Shown here piece after piece: positions 8,275 to 15,602 of a stretch of DNA of 29,810 nucleotides. Origin of the DNA: Acidobacteriota bacterium (GTDB taxonomy: Bacteria > Acidobacteriota > Vicinamibacteria > Vicinamibacterales > UBA8438); the NCBI GenBank assembly GCA_005778315.1, contig SXOW01000513.1, positions 1 to 29,810 of the forward strand. The letters are read 5' to 3'. The notes below the pieces were generated by a model. It saw only the letters and a list, made by a program, of their open reading frames with translations, made no database searches and had not been told where the DNA came from. Within the stretch, counting starts at the first letter, position 1. The number at the start of each line of letters is the position of its first letter. The translations under genes were made by a program, and so were the position numbers.

Positions 8275-8503
8275 GTCGCCCCCCTTCGGCCGTCGCGTTC
8301 ACGATGCCCTGAACGCTCGATCGCTTCTGTGTATAGCCCCGAGTATAGTCCCGGTCCGCCAGCGGCCGGCAGGCCACTCGAACCCATCGGCAACGCCTGC
8401 ACGCGCGAGGAGGCCGACCGGGAGACGACACGGCGCCTCGCGGAGGGTTTCAAGGTCGTTGCGGTCATGACTACCGGGAGACAATAGCGAGCACGATGCA
8501 CGG

Positions 8504-8757
8504 CTACGGCTGGACCTGGATCACGACTTTCCCAACGTGCTGGGCATTTCCGAAGTACTCCATGGCCCGCGCCGTCTCGCTCAAGGGGTCACCCCACCCG
8601 GCTTCAGCGCTCGTGCGTGGGCGAAGGGGGACCGGCTGGTTTCGTATCGAGAATGAGATCGTATTGTCTGCCGCTCCGGGTGAAGTCTTCTTTGGTGTAG
8701 TCGATGACATGGTCGGCCCCCAGCGACGACAACATCGCCAGTGCTGATCGCCTTCAT
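8504..8757 (-). pseudogene. Collapsed remnant of an NAD(P)-dependent MDR-family (alcohol dehydrogenase/quinone reductase-like) gene
   Basis: Minus strand reads MKAI (ATG 8757), then [28 protein letters not shown], then [16 protein letters not shown], then PLSETARAMEYFGNAQHVGKVVIQVQP*, with a frame change between successive pieces. These are typical start, NAD-domain and C-terminal motifs of the family, with large gaps between them. Confidence 0.75.
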
Positions 8758-8868
8758 GCTGTCACGACGGTATACGCGACCAGCAGACCCGATGTTCGGT
8801 GGGCCTGCCCTTCGAGCGCGCATCGCTCGCCGATGAACCCGGGGCCGATGCCGGGACGCGTTCCCGCG

Positions 8869-9663
8869 CTACGGCGCCGGCAGAACGGTCAGCCGGCTGA
8901 TCGCGGGGGGGCTCGTGCCCGCTGACGACGTCAGGTCGCCAGTGGTGTTGAGGTGGATGCCTAGTGCGGCGCTGGTCACGTCCACACTCACCGTGCAATT
9001 CGCGACCACGGTACCGCCAGCGTAGCTGACCGCCCCTCCCCCAGCTACCGCGGTCAGTGTGCCACCACCCATGCAGTTGGTTGCGGCGTTCGGCACCGGT
9101 GCGACGACGACGGTCGCGGGCAGCGTGTCGGTGAAGGACAGCCCCGTCGTCGACGTCGCGTTGGCCGTATTGTCGACCCTGAACGTCAGCGTGGTGAGCG
9201 CGCCGGCCGTGATGGTCGCGGGCGCAAAGTCTTTGGTGAACACGGGGGGCCTCAGCAACGCGATGATCGTCACTTGGACACTGGCTGACTCAGGTGACCG
9301 GCCACCTTCGAAAACGACGGTCACCGTGGCCGTGCCGGTTTGGCCAGCGGGCGTCAGGGTTGCGGTTGCTCGACCTTGACGATCCGCAGTCAGCAGCTCT
9401 GCCGAGAGCCGGCCCAGCGTAGTGGACAACCGGAGTTGGGTTCCGGGAGTCAGCGGGTTTCCGAAGGGTCCGGACCCGGTCACGGTCAACTCTGACGTCT
9501 GATCCACGGTGACAGTGGTCGGATTCGCCGCCAGCATGAGGACGGTTCCCGTCGGGGCCGCCGGGCCGGCGGAATCGCACATTCCGCTCAGCAAGGCGGC
9601 CACGCACACCGCCAGGAGCCTGCGCCATTCCTGTCTAGTCAACGGCGCGTTCCTGAAGGCCAT
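8869..9663 (-). CDS. Exported (possibly lipo-) protein with two Ig-like domains
   Basis: Start ATG 9663 (MAFRNAP..LLAVCVAALLSGMCDS). An invasin/Big-like block (LAANPTTV..TADRQGRATATL) is followed by a PPVFTKDFAP..LTFRVDN..FTDTLP..NC..CTVSVDVT..NTTGDLTS repeat-type domain. The 129-codon upstream extension in the ORF track looks non-coding. Confidence 0.7.
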   Translation of the reverse strand: MAFRNAPLTRQEWRRLLAVCVAALLSGMCDSAGPAAPTGTVLMLAANPTTVTVDQTSELTVTGSGPFGNPLTPGTQLRLSTTLGRLSAELLTADRQGRATATLTPAGQTGTATVTVVFEGGRSPESASVQVTIIALLRPPVFTKDFAPATITAGALTTLTFRVDNTANATSTTGLSFTDTLPATVVVAPVPNAATNCMGGGTLTAVAGGGAVSYAGGTVVANCTVSVDVTSAALGIHLNTTGDLTSSAGTSPPAISRLTVLPAP

Positions 9664-9944
9664 GCTTGCAGCCCCGTTCGTAGGAAGGGGCGCCCCGCGT
9701 GGGCTCGGTATCGGCAGAATCGGAGGAGGCGTGAGCGCCCTGGCGGCATACGCGGTTTCTATCATAGGAGCCCACTTCAGCGCCGACAGACTCCTTGCAC
9801 CATCCACCCGGACGCCGTCGGACCACCACAAGGCGGGTTGTCGGGCCACTGCGCGCCGGCGCTTGGCGTCAGAATGCTGACCAGAAACATACAGCCCTGC
9901 AGTAGATCGCACAACCTGCCGATACGTCGAGGCAGACGGAGTGG

Positions 9945-11537
9945 GTGCTTGGCGGTATGACAGAACTGGAGCAAGCGATCGCGCGGCTTGAAACGGCGGC
10001 GGCTCGGCACCGCGGACAACGGATGCCGGTAGAACCACAGCTGGCTGCACGGCGCCGCCCGCCGTGGCAGGCGGCAGTCGTGTGCGTGGCGGCCGTGCTC
10101 TCCACCACCGCCCTCGCGGCGGTCCTCAGCGCGCCGGACGACAGGGCCGTCTCCCCTCGTGGCCGCCGGCCGATGTTGTCCGAAACTCAAGTGACCCAAA
10201 CCAGGCAGGCGCGACGACCTGACCCGCCGCCCGCAGCAGTTCCGGTAGCGCGTGTCGCCAGGCGGGAGCGCCCCGCCGGGGTCGAGATCCCAGCGCCGTC
10301 GACGCGTGCGCAAGCGTCTGGCACGGCGGTGACCAGCGCCCTCGACGTCGCCGACCCGATGGCCGAACCGCTCCCAGTTCCCGTTGAGCCCGCTGCCGCC
10401 GCTGCCCCGGCGCTGACCGATCCACCCGAGACGACGACGGACGCGCCGCTACCGGCCCGGCCGGACGCGGAGGCGCCGCCACGGGGCATCACCCAGCCGG
10501 AGGCGGAGGCGCCGCCACGGGGCATCACCCAGCCGGAGGCGGAGGCGCCGCCACGGGGCATCAACCAGCCGGACGCGGAGGCGTCGCCACTGGGCATCGA
10601 CCAGCCGGCCACCGAGCCACCGCTACAGGTCGTCCGACCAGCCACCGTGTCCGAGTCACCGCGAGCGGCGACCCCGCCGGGAGGTCTGGAACCGGGGACC
10701 CCAGCGCCACCTCCGACCAGCGCATCGGACACAGCGGAACGAGTAGAAGGGACGCAGCGCAATTGGCGAACAGTGCGGTACGTGCCGGATGCATTGCCGG
10801 TCCCGCTGGCCCAGCTGCCATGCGCGCTGCCTACGCAGGGGACTTTTCCAGCCTCGGCAGTCGGCGGCGACATGCCTGCCCCGGCATTTGGAGCCGTCCC
10901 GTCGGCGGCTTTGCCGTACCGCGGAGTCATGACCGCAGCGGACGGCACACCGCGGGTCGGCCGTATCAATGCGATCTTTGCGCTGTATCACGCGGCCGAC
11001 GGTGGCGTCCCGGTGTGGGTCGACATCAAGGCGGTGGAAACGAGCCCAACCGGGGAGTACCTCGTGTGGCTTGGGCAACCTACGCCGTTCCCCGAAGACC
11101 TCTTCACGTCCGACTCGCCGCCCTGGCTGGGAATACAACCGGAAGGGGCAGCGGAGCAGCCTCGGGTGAGGATGATGGACACGCCATGTCGTCGATCCGC
11201 GCCGGACGACCCGCAGCCCACGCTCGCCGGCGTCGCGCCGCCGACCCCGATCCCGTACCGCAGTGTGTTGTACGACTCGACGGGCGCACCGCTGGTCGGA
11301 CACGTCAGCGCGATCTTCGCGTTCTACGAAGAGCCGGATGGGGGGGTCCCGATGTGGGTCGAAATCCAGACGGTGCACACAGGCGCCGCCGGGGGATATG
11401 CGGTGCTGCTCGGCAGCGGGACCCCGCTCCCAACGGACCTGCTTGCCAGCGGGGCGTCACGCTGGCTCGGCGTGCAACCGAATGGCCACGCAGAGCAGCC
11501 ACGGGTTGAATTCGCCGCCACCTCCGCCCCACGCTAG
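9945..11537 (+). CDS. Membrane-anchored hypothetical protein: N-terminal TM, long Pro/Ala-rich stalk, two tandem ~90-aa domains
   Basis: Hydrophobic AAVVCVAAVLSTTALAAVL segment, PAT-rich linker, and two copies of PY(R)xxxxxxxGxPxxGxxxAIFAxYxxxDGGVPxWVxI..GxYxVxLG..WLG(I/V)QPxGxAEQPRV. Start GTG 9945 or ATG 9957. Confidence 0.75.
   Translation: MLGGMTELEQAIARLETAAARHRGQRMPVEPQLAARRRPPWQAAVVCVAAVLSTTALAAVLSAPDDRAVSPRGRRPMLSETQVTQTRQARRPDPPPAAVPVARVARRERPAGVEIPAPSTRAQASGTAVTSALDVADPMAEPLPVPVEPAAAAAPALTDPPETTTDAPLPARPDAEAPPRGITQPEAEAPPRGITQPEAEAPPRGINQPDAEASPLGIDQPATEPPLQVVRPATVSESPRAATPPGGLEPGTPAPPPTSASDTAERVEGTQRNWRTVRYVPDALPVPLAQLPCALPTQGTFPASAVGGDMPAPAFGAVPSAALPYRGVMTAADGTPRVGRINAIFALYHAADGGVPVWVDIKAVETSPTGEYLVWLGQPTPFPEDLFTSDSPPWLGIQPEGAAEQPRVRMMDTPCRRSAPDDPQPTLAGVAPPTPIPYRSVLYDSTGAPLVGHVSAIFAFYEEPDGGVPMWVEIQTVHTGAAGGYAVLLGSGTPLPTDLLASGASRWLGVQPNGHAEQPRVEFAATSAPR
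10461..10604 (+). repeat. In-frame tandem repeat, 4 x 36 bp (P[D/E]AEAPPRGITQ)
   Basis: Units at 10461, 10497, 10533 and 10569; the first three are nearly identical and the fourth is degenerate. No spacers. Confidence 0.95.
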
Positions 11538-11629
11538 CCGCACCTCAACGACGACTACTGCATCGGTACCGCTGGAAACGGTGGCGCGCCGTCGGCGGCC
11601 TCGTGGTCGACTCGCCCTGTCAGGACGGG

Positions 11630-11635
11630 TATAGT
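11630..11635 (+). promoter_or_regulatory. Putative -10 box (TATAGT) for the MBL gene
   Basis: About 40 nt upstream of ATG 11677, with a GAAGGAG SD-like run in between. Confidence 0.4.
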
Positions 11636-11676
11636 CGCTGCGACACGTGTTATTCCGTCGGAGAAGGAGATGTGGG

Positions 11677-12624
11677 ATGAGACGCAGTATCTATCTGGGC
11701 ACATTGACGTTCTTCGGTATCGTCATGATGGCGACTGGCTTCGAGGCGCGGCAGGAGCGCTCGAGCCTGGTGGTGCATAGCCTCAGCGACAACCTCTACA
11801 TGCTCGCCAACGCAACCGGTGTGGAGGGGATAGGCAGCGGCGGCAACACCGCGATCTTCGTGACCGATGGCGGGGTCACGCTGGTGGACACCAAGATCCA
11901 GGGGTATGGCCAGGATATTCTCGCCGCGGTCCGTACGCTGACCGACAAGCCGGTGACGACCATCATCAACACCCACACCCATTGGGACCACTCGGGATCG
12001 AACACGGAGTTTCCGGACACCGTGCAGTTCGTCGCTCACGAAAACACCCGCCGCAACATGGCCAGCGAGGATTGCGATGATGGTGCTGGGTTTCAGGGCG
12101 GCTCAATCAAGAACTGCCAAGCCTTCAAGGGGGCGAACGCCAGGTATCTGCCGCAGACAACCTACTCGGATACCCTGACGTTGTTCAGCGGAGTCGACCA
12201 GATCGACCTGTACTACTTCGGTCGCGGCCACACCGACGGTGACACCTTCGTCGTGTTTCGCGAAGCGCGCACGATGCACACCGGTGACATGTTCGCGCGA
12301 CCGGGCCTCCCGTTCGTGGACGTGCCAAACAGCAACGGAAGCGCGGTCGAATTCGGTGAAACGCTGAAGAAGGCGATCGCCGGCATCTCCGGCGTGGATA
12401 CCGTGATTCCGGGACACAACCCGGTGCCGCTCGCCTGGAGTGACTTTGTGAACTACAGCGGCTTTTACAACGACCTCGTGATGCAGACGCAGGCAGGCAA
12501 AGCCGCGGGTCGTACGGTGGACGAGGTGGTGTCGTCCTACCGCGTGCCGAGTCAGTTCAGCGGCAACGCGGCACCGCCGGATCGCGTCCGCGCGACGGTG
12601 CAGTATCTCTTCGACGGACAGTAG
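11677..12624 (+). CDS. Exported MBL-fold metallo-hydrolase (glyoxalase II/cyclase-like)
   Basis: GGNTAIF, LVDTK, INTHTHWDHSG (HxHxDH), GHTDGD, HTGD, IPGH; N-terminal signal. Start ATG 11677. Confidence 0.9.
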   Translation: MRRSIYLGTLTFFGIVMMATGFEARQERSSLVVHSLSDNLYMLANATGVEGIGSGGNTAIFVTDGGVTLVDTKIQGYGQDILAAVRTLTDKPVTTIINTHTHWDHSGSNTEFPDTVQFVAHENTRRNMASEDCDDGAGFQGGSIKNCQAFKGANARYLPQTTYSDTLTLFSGVDQIDLYYFGRGHTDGDTFVVFREARTMHTGDMFARPGLPFVDVPNSNGSAVEFGETLKKAIAGISGVDTVIPGHNPVPLAWSDFVNYSGFYNDLVMQTQAGKAAGRTVDEVVSSYRVPSQFSGNAAPPDRVRATVQYLFDGQ

Positions 12625-12679
12625 CGGTTGCGGGAGGCGGGGCGAGGCGTTCGAGCGGTCCGGCGGACTGCGCCTGGCC

Positions 12680-13789
12680 TCACCGGGCCCCAGGCCCCGG
12701 CACGACGAAGAACTGTGACATGTCGCCGGGCAGGGTGATCGTCCGCAGATAGCGGTACGTCGCCGCCTCATGGAGGTCGATGGTGTTGCCGGCTTGGTGA
12801 ATATAGAGAATCTGGCCGTTCGTGCTCGTCGCCAGGCCCATGCGAGGTCGGCCTTCGATGGTCTCACGCCGCGCCAAACGTCTGCCCACCAGGTCGAACG
12901 TCCACATTTCGTAGTGGCCGATCTCGCTCAGCAGCGCATAGGCCTTCTGGCCGCCCGGGGCCAACGCGAACGAACCCACCGGCTCGGACGGACCCAACGT
13001 GTAGAAATCGACGTCCCGTTCGGCCAGATTGATACGGGCCACGCCCATCAAGCTGCGGTTCTGCACCTCGTCGCGCACGCGAAAGAGGCCTGAGTAGAAT
13101 CCGGGCGCCTCGTTCCGATCGTAGTTGAACCCAAAGGTGAACTGACCGACCCCACCTTCGTCGGGTTGCGACAACGCCCACCGTTCGACCTCCTCGAAGG
13201 TGTCGGTCTCCAGCGCTACGATTTCGTCGCCGAACAGGTACAGCAAGCCCCCATCGGGTGAGAAGAGCAGGTTCACCCCGCTGTAACCCCCAGACACGAA
13301 GCCGTCCGGCCACGGGATTTTACGCACCACGTCGTGCGTAGCCAGGTCCACTTGCACCAGTGCCGGTGGGGCAATCTCGAACCGGTCGAGCTGCTTCGTG
13401 GCCGTATCGGTCAACAGGATGATCGACCCGTGGTCGGGTGCGGCCCGAAAATTCCGGATGCGGACCTTGGTCTGCCCCTCACTCAACGTCAGTGTGTCGA
13501 TGGTGCGGCGGGTCGCCACGTCCATGACCTCGATCTGCTCGAACGTGCGGTCCCGCATATACAACCGCGTGCTGTCTTCGGACAGGGCCATATTGCTCGG
13601 AGGACCGTCCAGCGTCATGGTGATGTCGGCTACCACCTGCTCCGTCGCCTCATCCACCACGAACACCCGGTTCGGATAGCCACCGACAAGGAGGGTGCCG
13701 GTCCCGCCGGTGAGATCGGTCGCAGGCTGGGCCGTCACCGGTGCGGCGACCGCAACGGCGGTCACGAGCGCGAGGAGAAGCAGACGCAT
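12680..13789 (-). CDS. qhpB: Quinohemoprotein amine dehydrogenase beta subunit (beta-propeller)
   Basis: Signal peptide and YVTN-like propeller repeats, directly downstream of qhpC in an A-D-C-B order. Confidence 0.8.
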   Translation of the reverse strand: MRLLLLALVTAVAVAAPVTAQPATDLTGGTGTLLVGGYPNRVFVVDEATEQVVADITMTLDGPPSNMALSEDSTRLYMRDRTFEQIEVMDVATRRTIDTLTLSEGQTKVRIRNFRAAPDHGSIILLTDTATKQLDRFEIAPPALVQVDLATHDVVRKIPWPDGFVSGGYSGVNLLFSPDGGLLYLFGDEIVALETDTFEEVERWALSQPDEGGVGQFTFGFNYDRNEAPGFYSGLFRVRDEVQNRSLMGVARINLAERDVDFYTLGPSEPVGSFALAPGGQKAYALLSEIGHYEMWTFDLVGRRLARRETIEGRPRMGLATSTNGQILYIHQAGNTIDLHEAATYRYLRTITLPGDMSQFFVVPGPGAR

Positions 13790-13798
13790 AGCGTAGGG

Positions 13799-14158
13799 CT
13801 AGGGAAAAATGAGGTCGATCTTCCGCCAGTCCTTCTGGGCCGCGGCACACTTGCTGGTCCAGTCGGGCGCGTGATTGAGCTGGTCGGGCACATGCGCCGG
13901 CCAGTAGCACCCCAGGTGACAATCAAACAGGTCGCGCTCGACGGGTTGGCAGAGTCCGGCTGTGCCGCCATTGCGGTCCGCTTCCCAACCTGGCTGAAAG
14001 GCCAGCGAGCACCCCAGCGGGATGTGGGGGCCCTCCGGTTGCTGCGGCGGCCCGGAGCCCTGCTGCAGCGCCACGACATCACCCGCCGGTGGCGCGGCCG
14101 CGGCCACGATGCGCGCGGCTTTTCGATTGATGGGAATCAGATGCTTCATGTGGTTCAT
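13799..14158 (-). CDS. qhpC: Quinohemoprotein amine dehydrogenase gamma subunit (CTQ cofactor precursor)
   Basis: Leader MKHLIPINRKA..DVVAL, then core GCSLAFQPGWE..LCQPVERDLFDCHLGCYWPAHVPD..DWRKIDLIFP. C7/E16, C27/D33, C41/D49 and C37/W43 equivalents are all present. Start ATG 14158 (GAGGG SD) or 14149. Confidence 0.95.
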   Translation of the reverse strand: MNHMKHLIPINRKAARIVAAAAPPAGDVVALQQGSGPPQQPEGPHIPLGCSLAFQPGWEADRNGGTAGLCQPVERDLFDCHLGCYWPAHVPDQLNHAPDWTSKCAAAQKDWRKIDLIFP

Positions 14159-14165
14159 GGTGCCC

Positions 14166-15602
14166 TCATGCGTCGAACCGGTCGAGGAAGCTCGGACTGC
14201 GCTCGGCGATCTCGCCGTAGATCCGCAGACAGATGTCGGTCCACTCGCGGATCCAGTCGCAGTAGTGGAGATTCGGATGGGTCGTGCTGCCGTAGCGCGT
14301 ATGGGCCTCGTGATAGCAGCCGCCAGAGCACAGCGGTCGCGCCCAGCACGTGTGACAGTCCGTCTTGTGGCCGATGTGGTTGCGTTCGAGAAACGCCCGC
14401 TGCGCGTCCCGGTCAAGCCCCGCGCTCACACTGCCCAGACCGTGTTCCTCCGACCCGGCAAAACGGTGACACAGCGCGACATCCCCGCCGGTCGAGACAC
14501 CGATCAACCCCAATCCGGCGCCACACGGATAGGCCTTGCTCACGCCTTTGTGAATCTCCCCAAGCGTCTCGCTGACGTTCGAGAAACCGTGATGCCGACC
14601 GGCCAGCGCGGCCTGCAGGAACTCGTCCGCGAGCGCTGTGAACTGGGTGACCATCTGGTCGAAGCCAGAGGCGTCGAGCGCGTGGTCGCGGTCCGGTGAC
14701 GTGGTGACCGGCGCGAATCCCACTTCTTGAAACCCGATCTCGTCGGTCAGGTGACGGTAGATGCCGAGCACATCACTGACCTGCGACGTCAACGTCACGC
14801 GGGCCCCAATCGGTCGACTCCGGTGACGTCGCAGGAGTTCCTGAACCCGCGGCAGCATCACGTCGTAGCTGCCGCTGCCGTCGTGAAACACGCGAAAGCG
14901 ATTCTGCATCTCGCGCGGCCCGTCAATGGACACCGTCACCGAGATGTCCTCGTCGGCCAGGAACGCAATCATCTTGGGCGTCAACAATGTCGCGTTGGTC
15001 GTCAGGTTGAATTCGACCCGCTTCCCGTACGCCGCCGCCTGGGCCTTGGCGTAGGGGACCGCCCGGCTCAACACGGGATAGTTCATCAGCGTCTCGCCAC
15101 CAAAGAAACTGACGTGGACCACCGCAACCTCGCCCGACTCGCGAAAGAGCAGGTCGATGCTCTGGCGCGCCGTCTCGTCGGTCATGAATTTGGGCTGCTT
15201 GCCGTTGGTCGTGTCGACGATCTTGTCTTCGCTGTATTCGTAGCAATAGCCACAACTCAGGTTGCACTGATTGGTGACGTTGAGCACCGCGGTGGTCAGC
15301 GGGAACGGCGTCACCGGTGTCAGCGGAATAATGGTTGGCGTCTTCGGCGCCGGGGTGGGCACCGGCTGAACCGCATGGATCTGCTCGAGTTCGGCGAGCA
15401 GCCCGCCCAGATCGGTGCGCGGAAACTGCGCGGACACCCGCGAGATCAGGTCCGTCCGGGTGGCCGGCGCTGCGTCGAGCGCATCGATCAAGGCCGCGGC
15501 CGGCGCATCGAGGGCGAACACTGCGGCGCTCGGCACGAGATACAGATAGCGGCGATTGGCCGCCTCGAACGCATGGTGCTCGCCCACACGCAGCATGGTC
15601 AT
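14166..15602 (-). CDS. qhpD: Radical SAM/SPASM thioether-forming maturase of QHNDH
   Basis: CNLSCGYC, SFFGGETL, TTNATLL, VSIDGP, SPASM Cys motifs (YPCGAG, LCHRF, CHTCWARPLCSGGCYHE), N-terminal RRE-like region. ATGA overlap with the qhpA stop at 15599-15602. Confidence 0.95.
   Translation of the reverse strand: MTMLRVGEHHAFEAANRRYLYLVPSAAVFALDAPAAALIDALDAAPATRTDLISRVSAQFPRTDLGGLLAELEQIHAVQPVPTPAPKTPTIIPLTPVTPFPLTTAVLNVTNQCNLSCGYCYEYSEDKIVDTTNGKQPKFMTDETARQSIDLLFRESGEVAVVHVSFFGGETLMNYPVLSRAVPYAKAQAAAYGKRVEFNLTTNATLLTPKMIAFLADEDISVTVSIDGPREMQNRFRVFHDGSGSYDVMLPRVQELLRRHRSRPIGARVTLTSQVSDVLGIYRHLTDEIGFQEVGFAPVTTSPDRDHALDASGFDQMVTQFTALADEFLQAALAGRHHGFSNVSETLGEIHKGVSKAYPCGAGLGLIGVSTGGDVALCHRFAGSEEHGLGSVSAGLDRDAQRAFLERNHIGHKTDCHTCWARPLCSGGCYHEAHTRYGSTTHPNLHYCDWIREWTDICLRIYGEIAERSPSFLDRFDA

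Noticed and set aside
9863-9878. Sigma-54-like ttGGcgtcagaatGCt
   Set aside because: GG-to-GC spacing is 9 nt rather than the required 10.
9664-10050. N-terminal 129-codon extension of ORF 8869..10050
   Set aside because: It overlaps the divergent gene and lacks protein-like features; the signal peptide starts at 9663.
10461-10604. 36-bp repeats as a CRISPR array
   Set aside because: Units are head-to-tail with no spacers, are in frame within a CDS, and no cas genes are present.
13334-14575. Long plus-strand ORF (413 aa) and similar shadow ORFs such as 22967..24118, 14727..15638, 18040..18996 and 25218..26195
   Set aside because: They are antisense to well-supported genes, Arg/Gly/His-rich and motif-free, as expected from high GC3.
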